A DNA stretch of 64,000 nucleotides, taken from NCBI GenBank assembly GCA_964016885.1, contig OZ024740.1, positions 248,186,001 to 248,250,000 of the forward strand, in the 5' to 3' direction. Position 1 is the stretch's first letter, and each line of letters opens with the position of its first letter. Under the pieces are notes generated by a model that saw nothing but the letters and a program-made list of their open reading frames with translations, did no database searches and was not told where the DNA came from. The position numbers were made by a program, and so were the translations under genes. Source of the stretch: Eledone cirrhosa. Its lineage: Eukaryota. Below are positions 1 through 14,202 of this stretch, piece by piece.

Positions 1-839
1 AAATCAATTAACCTGCACAAACAAACTAGAGTGAAGTAGACCCAAACAACTCGAAATAGTAGTACTAAATCAGAAATTATTGCAATCCAATCAGCACAAA
101 CCATAAATATTAAAGTAACACTAAGCAACACACAAATGTCAGCCAATCATAACCTAACCAACAAAGAGTATATTGAGTATGAATCAAATAAAGGAAAAAT
201 AACAGATTTAATAAAATATAACACAAAATGATAAACAGCTATTAATAAAGTATAATACATAACACACAATTAAAAGAAAAATATTGAAATATCTCACCAA
301 AATCACCATGTGTGTATTACTGTCCAATGAAAATGCCAGCATGTTAATTATAGAAACTGAAATGACTGCACATATGTCTTTGCAGAAGCAGCTGATGTTG
401 GAGGCACTAAGTTTATCCACTTTCATCCTCAATAGCATATTGCCTATCCAGTTTTCGTTTTTCACCTCCCTCAGGCCGTTCTTTAGGCCACCCTATCATA
501 CCTTTCACTTTAATCCTGAATTTTCTTGGATATGGTTCATTATTTATCATGTTTTCTCCACCATTACTACATCAACCAATCATACCTCTGCAGCACAAAC
601 TAGCAACCAGCTAACTCAATTTTTTCCTAGGACAGTTGTTTTTTTGATCTGATGTTTGTTTCTGTATGGCTTATGGATTACTAAGTTGGAGCATTACTAA
701 TCAGCAAATATGAACACACCAACCACCTCTGGATGATCACGCAATCGATCTTCTTTATTTCAGCCATGGAACCCCCCAACCAAACTCCCACCTATCTCTC
801 GCTTCTCCCTCACCCACCCGAACTCCATAACTTCAGACT

Positions 840-3800
840 TTCACCATGAAAGGTAGATCCGGAGGGATTGTAGAGATGCTTGAACGAAAGAAAATCAATA
901 TGTGCTGTGTACAAGAGACTAGATGGAGAGGTATGTCAGCCAGATTCTTCGCAGGCAAAAAATATAACGTTGCTACAAATTTTTCTAGGTGAGAAATGAT
1001 GATGTGCTAGGTAGAGTAGGGATTTTCGTCGCAGAAAAGTAGGTAAACAAAGTTATTGCTGTAAATAGAGTAAATGACAGAATAATTAAACTTAGACTTG
1101 TACTAAACAGAACAACCATGACAATTATATCTGCCTATGCTCCTCAATCTGGACTTCCAAGCCATACAAAAAGACAGGTTCTATGAGTCTCTAATGCTCA
1201 CGACTTCCCAAATTAACGACAACGACTTCCTATTCATTGCAGGTGACTTCAACGGTCATGTAGGACAACTCTTCGATAACTTTGATGGGATCCACGGGGG
1301 TTGCGGGTATGGTCCTAGAAATGAGGAAGGCTTCAGACTACTGGAATTCTGTGACGCCAATGACCTATCTATCTGTAACACGAACTTCAGAAAACGAGAT
1401 AGTCACCTAATCACATGTAGATCAGGTGACCACGCCAGCCAAACTAGAAGACGAGACAGAGTGACTGTTAGGAACACAAAGTCCCTCCCCAGTGAAGAAT
1501 GCACCTCCCAACATAACTTAGTAGTTAGCGACCTTATATTCAGGACTAGAAGAACTTGACAACAGAAGCCTACCTGGAGGAGACGAGTATGGAAGTTAAA
1601 AGATCCATCAAACAGCGACAAATTTAGAAGTATGTTGACCCTCACCTTCGACAGCAAGGAAGAGCAAATAGAGACATACCATATAGAGGAGCAGTAGGAG
1701 TTCCTAAAAGATAACCTACTGAAAGCGACAGATGAAGCCTGTGGTTGGAGTAGGTCTCTAGGGAGACGGAGAGTGACTTGGTGGTGGAATAGTAAAATAG
1801 ATGAGACAATTAAGGCCAAAAGACAGGCTTGGAAAGATTGGCATAATGGGGTAGCAGGGGAGTTTACTAGAAGGCTAGGAGAGAAGCTTGGCGACAAATT
1901 TACCTCGTTAGTAGGGAAGCAGAAAACAAAAAGTTTAAGCATGTTTTGCAGTGTGAGGATCAAAGACGTGAGGTGTTCAGGATCGCTAGACAGTGTGTCA
2001 GAAATGACTTTGACGAATTTGCCCTCACTGACGCTGAAAAGAAGGTAGCGTGGAAGTGGCACTATGAAAAATTACTGAATGAGGAGAATGCATGGAATAA
2101 AGACTGTCATATATCGACCCAACAGAGGGACCAACTGTACAAGTTAGCGGTAGTATAGTAAGTAAGGTAATCAAAATATGAAGTCAAGCAGGGCAGTTGG
2201 CCTCTCAGGAATAGTTGCTAAGATGCTGAAAACTTCAGCTATGGTGGGCTATACCTTAGTCTCCTCCATTATAAACCAAGTCATACAAAATGGTGTCACA
2301 CCCAATGACTGGTGAAGCAGCATCATCGTAACCTGCTACAAGGGCAAAGGAGATGCGCTAGATAGAGAAAACTATAGAGACATTAAGTTGGTTGATCAGG
2401 TTATGAAGGTCTCAGAGAACGTGTTAACATAGATGAGATGCAGTTTGGATTTGTCCCAGGTAAGAGTACCAGAGATGCCCTCTTCCTTGTAAGACAACTG
2501 CAGAAGTACCTAGCTAAGAGTAAGCCCTTCTATCTGGCCTTTGTCGACCTTTTGACAGAGTCCCCAGTTCCATTATCTGGTGGGCTCTTAGAAAACTATG
2601 AGTTGACAAATGGCTTGTGAGAGCAATTCAAGCAATGTATAGAAGAACAGCCAGCAAGGTTAGAATTAACAACGACTATAGCAAAGAATTTAGCGTGCAG
2701 GCTGGTGTCCATCAGGACTCTGTTCTTAGCCCTCTCCTGTTTATTATCATTCTGCAGGCAATAACAGAGGAGTTTAAGACTGGCTGCCCATGGGAACTTC
2801 TGTATGCTGATGACATAACTCTTATAGCCGAATCTATAGTTGAAATAGAGATTAAATTCCAAACCTGGAAGCAAGGCCTAGAATCAAAGGGTCTTAAAAT
2901 CAACCTGGCAAAGACTTAAGTCCTAGTAAGTAGTAGGGATAATAGGGCACAGATCACCTCTAGGAAATGGCCCTGCTCAGTGTGTAGAAAAGGAGTAGGT
3001 AGAAATTCCATTCTATGTCCCAAATGCAAGCAATGGGTACACAAGGGATGTAGTGGGATCTCAGGCACGCTAACAAAGAATGTAGGTTTTACTTGTGGCA
3101 GTTTTACAGGGGCAGTAAGTAGCAAGAACCCTCTTCAAATGCTCAGATGGTTCGGTTGAAGTGGTAGATTCAGGGAGCTACTATCATTGCTAACTACAAA
3201 AGGTTTTTCTCTCAAAATGAAAGGCAGACTGTACGATGCCTGTATACGAACAACAATGTTGCACAGCAGCGAGACCTGGGCACCGTGTGCTGAGGACCTG
3301 CAAAGATTGGAAAGAAATGAAGCCTCCATGCTTTGCTGGATGTGCAATAGTAATATACGTGAATGGCAAAGTATAAATATACTGAGTGAGAAATTAGGCT
3401 TAAGTTGTTGCATGCAGGAGAGGAGATTGCGTTGGTATGGACATGTGATGCGTATGAAGGATGACAGCTGTATAATAAGGTATGGAGTGCTCAATGAAGA
3501 CTTGGGATGAGGTAATAAAAGTTGACCTTGCACAATTACACGTCTCAGGACCGCGACTTCTGGTGCTATGCATTTTAATGGAAGACCCGCCCTCTATTAT
3601 TCTCAGGATGAGTCTTATACCTCGTAGGCAACACTTCCTAAACCTTTTATCCCTTCTCATTCACCTTCCTTAGCAGTAACCATACCTCCCTTACTACCCT
3701 GTCCACATTTTTTTCCCCAAGCTCCTCCACCCCTCCCTAGTTCCAAGGAAAAAGTGCCCAGGCTCCACTGTAAAGTGGTTGTGTCAGTGACACGACAAAG

Positions 3801-4148
3801 GTGCCTAGTCCACACTGTAAAGTGAACATGTAAAAGACACGGCAAAAGGCACCCAGCACACACTGTAAATGTGGCTGGCGTTAAGAAGGGCACCCAGCCG
3901 TCAAAAACCAGTCCCAAGACACCCAGCCCACACTGTAAAGTGGACGTGTAAAAGACACAGCAAAAGCACCCAGCACATACTGCTAATGTGGATGGCGTTA
4001 GGAAGGGCATCCAGCCGTAGAAAACCAGCCAGAAACTCTCCTATATGAACGAGACATGGTCACCCGACCCACCTTCCCTCTAAATGTGACAAACCCGTGT
4101 AACCCATGCTAGTGTGGAAGATAGACGTTAATCGATGATGATGATGAT
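840..4148 (+). mobile_element. Decayed, near full-length RTE-clade LINE (APE endonuclease + RT + 3' UTR)
   Basis: Broken frames encode APE motifs (MKGRSG..CCVQETRWRG, AGDFNGHVG, NTNFRK) and RT motifs (QFGFVPGKST, LSPLLF, LLYADD at ~2800), then C-terminal RRLRWYGHVMRM. The 3' end reads ...gacgttaatc(GAT)n. Many stops and frameshifts. Confidence 0.92.
3750..4000 (+). repeat. ~48-bp tandem subrepeats in the RTE LINE 3' UTR
   Basis: About five degenerate units of aaagcacccagcacacactgtaaagtggacgtg... The same unit recurs at 8140-8260, 9930-10020 and 30230-30340. Confidence 0.8.
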
Positions 4149-4534
4149 ATAAAAGATTCTAACCCTTCATGATTAAATAAATTGTAGTTAAGAAATAAAC
4201 TAAATAAAAATATTATGAGTGTTAAACCTTTAATACTCATAATATTATCTAATATGCAAAATACCCTTAAAAGCTCCTCTTTCTCCACTCTATCGCCTCT
4301 GACTCTTAACCATCCATTACTCAATTGCAAGCCTGAAATAACCCTGCATTTTCTTAAACTTTCTTCTTCATGCCAAATCAACCATGTGTGTTATCAATTT
4401 TTTTATCTTTGCTTGACTGCAAATCCTACCGTACCATAATATTTGTCATGTTATAACCCATTTATTTTGGAGATACAGCTGGATGTAAAAAGATTCCAAG
4501 GTACCTCAAAACCCAAATCCATAGTCATCTACTA

Positions 4535-4945
4535 TATAAATTTGAAGTGGTCGGACGTTGTATGTGTAGGTGTAGTCGGATAAATGTCGAAACAGCTTCG
4601 TGGAATGCAGCGAAAATTTACACAGTTATGCAGAATGGCCCGAGGAGGCGTTGGATCGACTTTCAAGCTACAAGCTTTCATGGTTACGGAGAAAATCGAT
4701 GAAACAGGAATTTCCCATTCAAATTGAACTGAGAGTAATCTGTGAACGCAGAAGTAAATATTTCGAGAAACGTTGCAACCGAAGAAAAACAGAAAGACGA
4801 TATTTTGGTTCGTGAAGATGTTCCCTGGCAATGAACGGAAAAAAAGCGAATATAATACGTCGTTATGTGGGGAGAAAAGAACAATTTCATGCAAAGACAG
4901 GACCAAGTTTATTGTATAAATGGAGTCATTATACTAATATTCTAT
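4535..4945. repeat. Dispersed repeat fragment, inverted relative to 54750-55090
   Basis: aatctgtgaacgcagaagtaaatatttcgagaaacgttgcaaccg...gttccctggcaatgaacggaaaaaaagcgaatataatacgtc matches the reverse complement of 54890-55090. Its start also matches 29996-30035. Confidence 0.75.
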
Positions 4946-4949
4946 TTAA

Positions 4950-5558
4950 CATAACAGAATGATTTCCAGCCCCGGAGCTTAAGAATGATGTAAATAAATT
5001 TGAAAACGAAAATGACAGAGGTTATTAAAATAGTAAAAGTAAATAGTGAAGATTTAGGCCAGTACATACGTATGCCCCGACGGACATACACATACATACG
5101 CACACACACGCATGCGTGCGCGTATGTATAAACCTTATGCATTTCTACAGTATTTTCACCAAACTTAAGACATAGGTTACTTATGTACTCCGGATGGTCA
5201 TGAGCACTTTCATTTTTCCAGATATTGATTATAGGGCCTCCCGGCAGATAACCCCCTTTAACCACTTCCTTGGAGTCGACTGAAGCACTGCAGTGCAATG
5301 CAACAAAACGTCATAACTTCTGGAGTTTGCAACCGATTTTCACAAAACTTGACACATGGGCTACGTTTGTCCTACAGATGAATGTGAACTCTCAGAATTA
5401 GCACATATTGAGTAGGGGACCCTGGGGGCAGGAACCCCCTTTTGGTAAAAGCCGATGATTTTGTAAAAGTATAGTTTTCGAAGCAGCACTGAAGTATTGA
5501 CATAAATGGTATACACAACTGCTATTTAATACCCGAGCAACGCTGAGTACCTCTGCTA

Positions 5559-5562
<4 letters not shown>
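4950..5562 (-). mobile_element. Non-autonomous Helitron/Helentron-like (HINE/DINE-type) relic
   Basis: The end cccgagcaacgctgagtacctctgctagt is the reverse complement of an ACTAGCAGA...GCGTTGCTCGGG terminus like that at 29555. Internal ccgattttcacaaaactt and accaaactt motifs are present. Classification is inferred from terminal style. Confidence 0.5.
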
Positions 5563-5589
<27 letters not shown>

Positions 5590-7569
5590 TATATATATAT
5601 ATTTATGTATGTATGCATGCTAGCGTAGAAGATAGACGTTAAATGATGATGAATATACACATGCATATGTTTCAGTTTACAAATACAAGGAAAAGTGTGC
5701 TCAGTACCAAAATAGAGAATACTTATCTATTATATTACTGAAATTTCCCCTTGTTGCTATGCTGAGTTTCCTGGATCATGGCACTCCACAAAACTCAGAG
5801 TAGCAAGAGAGAAATTGCAGAATTATAATATGATAAATGTGTGTGTATGTTTTTTTTTCTTCATATATTATACAAATAATATTTAGGGATAATCAAAGCA
5901 TGTTTGCTCTATGTATATATTTATTTTTTTCTTGACATTACATATAGCCCAGGCACTGGTTATTTCTTGACAATAGCTTTTTTATTTATCTTTATTTCCT
6001 TTTACATCTGGGATTATTCATATTCTTCATTCATAAACTCAGTAAAAACACTATTATATTAACTTTTTATTTATTTCTTGGTATGAAAATTGATTTGTTC
6101 ATTTGTTACCTTATCTTTAACACAATTCAACTGAGTTACTGAAGTTTGCCAATAACAATGTTTGAAAGAAAATGAAAAGTTGGATACTGTAAAATATAAC
6201 ATTTTTTTGTGTTCTTTGAATGGTTAAAATTACTCTTTCATGATGTAATTGTTTCAGTTTGTCAATGCATAATCTCAGATCAAATTACTTGTCATACACA
6301 AGTACAATTCCAAAATTTCATTTTGTTCCATAGTAAAATAACTGTCTATTAGATTTGGAAGTTATTTCTGTATTCTTTGACTAGACAAGTATTTTTTCAT
6401 ATTAGTAACCTGAATCTCAGATCCAGCTATTTTATAAACATATAAACTGCAAATTGAACTAAAAAAACAAAACAAACAGACAACCAAATGTATCCATTCT
6501 GTATATATGATTTATGTAAAGCTGCCTTGCATGAAAACAAAATTAAATCAGCCTCTTTGCTTTAGCTGCCCCAGCATCCCACTTCAATTTCTTTTACTTA
6601 TAAATGAAATAACAGTTTGTTTGATGTATTTTTTTACTGTTAGTAATGTTAACTTTAAAAAAAAAAAGATTCTCCATATATTTAGCAAAATAATAAGGTA
6701 TTGAAATTATCAGTGTGTGTTGCTGGTTCAGATTTGCTGCAGAGGCTTAGTTGCATTTTTGGTAAGACTATTTACAGAATATCAACTTCAAATGTTTCCA
6801 ATCTGAAGTCCACTATTGAGAGTCTGTACCTAAGTACTTTGTTAAAAACATAATACATACATGCTATTGTGTAGCCATTCTTCTCTGTATAAATCTTTCT
6901 TTATTTCAGTTATTATTATCACTATCTACATGCCATAGGATTGATTTATCAATGCTGTCTTATTGCTATAAAACAACAACATAACCTTATCCTAACAACT
7001 TTCAAAAACCTTCACTTAATTGTCTTCACCTAACAGTTTGCACTTAACCTTCAATCAACAGACTTTGCCTCACAACCTTCACCTAGCACTTTCACTTAAC
7101 AGCCTTCACCTATTACCTTCACTCAACAACTTTCACCTAACGCTTAAACATTTTATGTCTTCAGCATATCCTCTGTTGTTGTCATCAAATCTTCCACCAA
7201 TTCTTAATTAATTGCTGCCCTCAGCTCTACTATTAAATCATAGTCCTTACATTGTATTCTTTGTTATCCTATTCTTTTATCTTTTTTTGTTTTTCTCCTT
7301 TTGTCTTGTGTTGTTTCTTATTCTTTCTTTCTTCCGACTTCTTGAATAATCAATTTCTTCTTGTGCAATTTCCCTTTTATTTATGATACATAATATTTTC
7401 CACCTTTTCAAACCATTAGAAATTTTGTTAAGTTATAATATTTCCCTGGTAGCATGAGTGTTATTTAGCACTTCTGAAAGGAGTGACATCATTGGAAGGT
7501 GCTGGAATTGTTGAGACCTCCAGTTGACAGCTGTATGCGCGTACTATATAATATGCCTGCTAAATCTTT

Positions 7570-9010
7570 CCAGATGTGGCTTAATTGGTAGATTGTTGGA
7601 CAAAACTACCTTGTGGTAGTTTTGTCCAACAATCATCTCTTCATTTTGAGTTCAAATATCACCAGGGTTGATTTTACTTTTATCGTTTTGGAACTTAATA
7701 AAACAAGTAGCATCAAATACTTTTATAGCTTGTAATTTTACCTTTGTTAAATCTCATGACTAGTTAACTTGGTTGAACACTGGACAAATACTGAGTTCAA
7801 ATACTGCCCCATAAGTCATATAAATATCAGTGAAGTATCATGGCTTTATTTCTGTGTTAGAAATAATTATTATTTTGGCAGTGAGTAGCATATTCAGTAG
7901 AGCTACAAAGAAAATGTTTTGTGGTATTTTGCTATGTGTACCTTATGAGTTCAAATGCAGCCATAGTTGACTTTGCCTTTGATGCTTCCAGCAAGACAAT
8001 AAAACAAACCCATCCAGCTACATGAGGTTGGTTTAACACTTTTGTGACTGGATTTTTGATAAAATATATTGAGTATATACAGAGTACCCGACCTCCCATG
8101 GGTACAAGCTGAAGCATATAGACAATATGCCCCCCACACCCTCCCACTGCAAGGTGGTCGTGGAGGTGCCACGGCAAAAAAGCACCCAGGCCACACTGTA
8201 AAGTGGACGTGTAGGTGCCACGGAAAAAGCACCCAGCACTCACTGTAAATAAGGTTGGTGTTAGGAAGAGCATCCAGCTGTAGAAATCAAGCCAAAATCA
8301 GTTCCTGTATGAGCAAGGCATGGTCAGCTGACCAGACACTGCCCACAACAGGACAACCCGTCTAACCCATGCTAGCATGGAAGAACGGACGTAAAACGGT
8401 GATGATGATTCCAATTATTGAAATATTTTGATAGATTTATTCAAATTATTGATTTTTTTTTTTATTACTAAGACAGTAATTTAACATGGTTTTTTTTTTT
8501 AATATATAAAATTATGTTGGAATATTATATTCTAAATAGCTCTTTAAAATGAGTGATTTTATTTCATAGAATCATAATCAGTTTTGGCCAGGTGTGTTAT
8601 GATAGGGTTAATCAACTCCCTTACTCTCTATCAGTAGAGCATCAGGCAAAATGACCTGCAGTGTTTAGTTACTAGTCCCTACTGTTCATCCTTTCTAAGT
8701 TGTTAAATAAGTGTCAGTCAAGTACTATGGTTGATTCTTGTGAATGGCAATACTATCCCAATCTAAATCTTTTGTGTTTATGTTAGAATTCTTAATTATT
8801 TTGAATAGGGGGAAATTAGTAAAGTATTTGTTTTGACTAAAAGTTCAAATCCTGTTAAAATCAACTTCTTTTATCATCTAATTAGGTTAAATAGAATAAA
8901 GTACCAGTCCAGAGCAGTCGATTGGCAGAACTCATAGAGATGTTTGAGATGCCTTGCAGCATATGTTCTGTGTCTTTGTATCTGAGTTCCAATCCAGCTG
9001 TGGCCTACTT
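7570..9010 (+). repeat. Several old, degraded tRNA-derived SINE fragments
   Basis: Repeated tgagttcaaat B-box remnants followed by gttgactttgcct / ataaagtaccagtc domains like the SINEs at 25-29 kb. Confidence 0.55.
8090..8410 (+). mobile_element. RTE LINE 3'-tail fragment
   Basis: Homologous to 3760-4145 (subrepeats, ttaggaagagcatccagctgtagaaa, aacccatgctagcatggaagaacggacgtaaa, (GAT)n end). Confidence 0.8.
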
Positions 9011-9547
9011 AGGGTAGTAGATTTAATCCATCACCTGGTTTAACACCATCACCTTGCTCTTTTGTGTCTTTAGTGGAGTCCCTTTTGCAAGCATTTGGAT
9101 CATATTTCTGGTATGAAGATACCTTCTTTGTTCTCTCCCACTTGTTTCAGAGGTTCTGAAAAGGGTCATGGCCATTGCCTTATTCTCCTTGATAAAACAA
9201 GAGAAGGAAAATATTATTCTACCAGCGGCAGTGACTGTCTATTGATGTTGTGGCAAATGTGTAAATAGTCATCATCATCATTGTTATAATTGTTTTACAT
9301 CAGCTTTCCCATGCTGATATTAGTTAACTGAGTTTTCTGAGGTGCTGCTTTACAGCCGGATGCCCTTCATGTCACCATGTTTTAGTCAGCTCTTATCATA
9401 TGCAGGGATATGGTGTTCCCATTCTAAAACCTGGATGCACATGGTAAAAATGTTTAAATAAATCCTTGATATTAACATAAATCCCATATCTCAAATTGGA
9501 GTAAAAAGCAAAATGCAAAAATTAATATATAATCAGATGTTGTTTAC

Positions 9548-10118
9548 TCGAGAGAAGACTACGTTGGTACGGTCACGTGATGCGCATGAAAGATGGCAGC
9601 TGTATAAAAAAGTGCAGGGCGATAAAAATAGACGGTAGCCACGGAGTAGGCAGACCCAGAAAAACCTGGGACGACTTGATAAATTCCGACCTCACACACT
9701 TACACCTCTCCAAGACAATGTCATTGGACCGAGATCTTTGGCACTACACTGTTATACAGAAGACCCACCTTGCCTAAGTACAAAGCGAAACCTAGAGTCA
9801 GTAGGCACCTCTAACAAAATACACCTCCGTCCCACTACCCCCACTCCATCCACACCACCCCCTTAAATGTGAAGTTATGTTGGTACCACAACATCCAGTC
9901 CGAAACAAATGAGGTCGTGTAGGTGTCACGACAAAAAAACACACAGTCCACGCTGTAATGTGGCCGTGTAGGTAACACGGTAAAAACCTCCCAGTCCACA
10001 CTGTAAACGTGGTTGGTGTTAGGAAGGGCATCCAGCTGTAGAAAACCCGCCAGACAGTCCTATACGAGCAGGACAACCAATCTTGCAAGCGTTAAACAAA
10101 AAAAAAAAAAAAAAAATA
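9548..10118 (+). mobile_element. 5'-truncated RTE LINE with A-rich tail
   Basis: Encodes RRLRWYGHVMRM...GRPRKTW, followed by the same 3' UTR motifs and a poly(A) run at ~10098-10116. Confidence 0.88.
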
Positions 10119-10163
10119 ATGAAACAACTACTTACTGAGAGGTTGTTAGCTTTTGTTTGAATA

Positions 10164-10731
10164 CAGGGCAGCTAAAAAGAACTGATCCCATCTTTATGTT
10201 TGTTTATATTCATTTTTTGACAAAAACTGATGAAACTGAATATATTTAGTTCAAACCATTAAAAACAACATATCAAAAATTCACTATCTTCTGATATTTC
10301 TGCACTTGTTTCAAGTGATCCACATTTGAATCCATGCATTTTTTTGCAACACATGGTGAAGTTTAGCATAATGTTTTTACAAGTAGTTGACCTAAGGAGT
10401 GCTTTGATCTCCTCCTTGATATTTTCATTTAGTTCACTGATGGTTCTGGGTTTGTTGACATACACCCTATCCTTCAGATAGCCTCAAATTGTATATTGGC
10501 TTTGAAGGGAAATTTGTCCGTTTAAAAAAATGCATGAAATTGCTCCTGGAACTGCTTGTACAATCCACACTTGTTTCACGCAGAAAATTTAGTACTGGAG
10601 ATCCCATTGGGGTTTGTCTTCTCAGACGTTGTGTCAGCCATGTCTTGAAATTTAAGGTCGATCAGTTAGAAAATGAAGATACAGTGACACAAAATGTATG
10701 CAGGGCTATTTTCTATTTTTGAGTCACCCTG
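10164..10731 (-). mobile_element. Internally deleted Tc1/mariner-superfamily element
   Basis: TA-flanked imperfect TIRs (TA|cagggcagctaaaaa ... tttttgagtcaccctg|TA). The minus strand encodes the transposase C-terminal stretch GYLKDRVYVNKPRTISELNENIKEEI. Confidence 0.75.
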
Positions 10732-11113
10732 TACTAACTTTGTGATGACCTGTCCAACTCTTGCTACCAAGGAAAATGAATATAAAATGATGATCATCAT
10801 CATTCCTAAGTCGATTTTACTTCTTGAAATAACAATATACAGTCCTTTGCCTTTTCACATTGGTGTTAATATGTAACATTCAGTAAATTACGGAAGAGAG
10901 TCACAGCGTGCTGATTATCTAACCTAGCCCTGTCTTTCTGTTGAAGCTATTTACATTATTAATATACATGTATATAGAATTAAGAAATTTGATTTGCAAC
11001 CAGTGTGGCACTTTCGGGCAATTATTTTGTCATAACAACCATAGATCAGCCAATACCTTATGAGAGAAATTTGATAGATGGAAACTATGCAGAAACTATG
11101 CATATATTTGTGT

Positions 11114-11158
<45 letters not shown>

Positions 11159-14100
11159 GCCACATAGAGAGAGAGAGAGTAGTTTGGTAAAGAATCTGTG
11201 TGGATGTAAAAACAATGATGATGGAATGCTTGTGAATCTCATTTCATAAAGTTCTGTTCAGTAATAAAATTGATAAATATAATATTGTCATCCAATATTG
11301 ATTGGTTTGCATAATTGTGCCTTTAAACATCTCCATCCATTTTCCATGATGACATCCGTTGGACAAATCTTTATGGTCCAAGTAAATTTGTATAAGAACT
11401 AGCCTAAATGTTAGTTCTTATACAATATTACTGCCTTCTTAGATATTACTGCACCCATACATTCCAGATTTTGAGATATTCTCTACAGCTGGTTGCTCTT
11501 CCTCATACCATCCACTTTACGAAGTTTACTGGGTAAATTTTATTGTGCTGGTACAATGATAGACAATATAGGGTAGAGATGTCATGACAACCTCTCTAGT
11601 GCTTTTTTAATTGCTTTTAATTTTGAAAATGTCTGGATTGTCAAAACCACTCAGTTTACAGTAATACCAGAACATAATTAATGGATCTTGTATTATTTTT
11701 AGAATAGAATAGGTACTCTGTATTCATGCATGTTGTAAGGAATTTAAGCGGGTTAGCATTAGGTTGTAAAATACTGCCTCAGAATGTACTGTCCATACTA
11801 TGCTAATATGGAATAACATGTAAAAATAATGATAATGATGATGATGCTCCAGTTGCCCAATCAACTTATCGTTTAACATAATTTTCAGGAACACTTGTGT
11901 CTGTGACAAGTCTGTAGCCATTTGATTTACAGGTACAGTTCACTTGTAATATTTTCAGTTTCACTAAAGCTTTAGTAGATGACTTCATCAAGGTGCCACA
12001 TTGTGGCATTGAACCCTTAAACTTTGTTATTGGGAAGTGAATATTTTATGTACTTGACTATGTACTCATAAAAAAAACAATGATTCTTGCAATAACTACC
12101 ATATTTTTAAAAATCTTGTATTTGATATCAAAATCTGCTTATGCTCTATACACTCAATGACATTTTTAAATACTACTATAATCTTTTCCCAAAACTTTTT
12201 CCTTCAAAATAAAGGTGCTTTATATCTATAAAAATATAGTAATACTGTTTCCATGAAGTGGACGTTGACTCAGTAAACCAGAGTGAAGGCAACCCATCAA
12301 AGAGAACAGTAACTTTGAATAAAAATTGATACAGTCCTGACAAATAACCCCTGCTGCTGGTGGCATGATAAAATGTACCTAGCTCATGCTGTTAAGTGCT
12401 AGGTGATAAAAAAATGCACCGAACCAATAAAACCATTCTAAATCTGGAATGCACAGCTTAACACTATAAACCCTTATTGCATTTTCTGTATGTTGTAAAA
12501 AAGAAACTGCAACTGCTAGTTATGTGATAAGTATGTAACCTGTACAGATCTTATAGAATATCAAACTACCTTTGTTGGTACTAGAATTGGTGATTCCTTG
12601 TATTCAGTTATAGTCAACTTTACCTTTCTTTCATCTTTCTGACCTTGATTAAATAAATCCAGTTTAGAATAGGTACACCATATCCCTGTGTATGTAAATG
12701 GTGACTAAAAGTGTTAGCACTAGTAAGGACATTTGACTGTAAAACATAAAAGAGTTCCAGTGCTTTAGTGTAAATTGTTTTAGAATGCTTATTGCAGTAG
12801 TGAAGATTTAATGAACTATATAATTTACTGAACCTCATTCTTTTCTCCAAAACTTGTGATTTTGTGCACAAGTTAATTTTTTTACTTTTAGAATGTTGGT
12901 AGGTGGCAACATCAGTAGAGCACTTGACAAAATGTCTTGTCGTCTTTAGCTGCAATCTCTTACTCTATCCTATATTGTTATTGTTTAAAACTGCACCACA
13001 CTCCACAAAGTGTACTGCGTGCATTTTATGGTGGCACCAACAATAGAGAGGTTGCCTTACTCCCTGCAAGACTAAAATATCCCTAGATTGTAATTTTTTT
13101 AAATTTCTTCAATGTATCTAATGTAACGCTATGTATTTCTTGAAAATGTGGTGAACGCTCTTAAAACAGAGCTGTATTTATCTATTTTGTCAAAATATAT
13201 CCCACCCCTCTCACTATTTTCCCATTCTCATGTCACCATTTTAATATTCTATATTTGAAAGAAATAATCCACTACTGTTAATATTTTCCTAAATATAATT
13301 TGTATAATTAGAAAATAACCGACACCTGTTTAAAATAATACATATTTTTTGTTTGTTTTTATTTAAAGAAAATATTTTCCTAAAACAGGTTTCTTTTTTC
13401 GTCAGTGCTGATTTGAGCAGGATTTGAGGACTTTTAATTTTTTTCATTTTTGTTGATTTTGTTTCTCACTATTAAGTCCCCCCACCCCCACCCCCATATT
13501 ATGTCAAGTAGTATCCAATATAGTTCATACCACATTCTAAAACTAGGTAATTCCCATGCTCCCTCATGATTTAGGTATGTTGTGCCTTCTTTTGTAGAAG
13601 CTGAATTTTAATAAATTAATGAAGCTGGAACATGTTTATTAGTTAGTGTACAACAGTGGTTTCCCAATTTATTTTGTTGCAGAAGAACCTTTATACAATC
13701 CTGTTCTCAAATCGCAAAAACCACTCTAAATTTAATATAGCATTAAATGAATCAAAAATTGTTTCAAAGAAAACGTAATTATAACAAAAACAACATCAAC
13801 ACTTGAATTTTCATTAAATTATATTAAAACATCTTGTGGTGCCTACTGTTGTACAATTAAACAACCAGATTAGTTAGTGGTTTTTAACCATTTTTGCTCC
13901 ATGCTCCACCACAACACCTTAAAAAAAATTGATGCCCACCTAAATATAAAAACAGGTTTGGTGTTAAAAAGAAGTATCGTGAAATTTAGAAAAACTGCTC
14001 TATCTCCAAATATTCAAACTGATTTGCGTTCAGAATCACTTCAACTAGCTTTTGAATTTATATCAGTAAAATATATTTTAAAGTGGAACATGGAAAGGGA

Positions 14101-14202
14101 GGTAACTTATTTTTACACGTCATATTTTAGCATTGTTTTTCTATATCAGATTGTTAATAATATATTTTTAATCTTTTCTGTTTTTTTCTTTTTATTATCT
14201 AG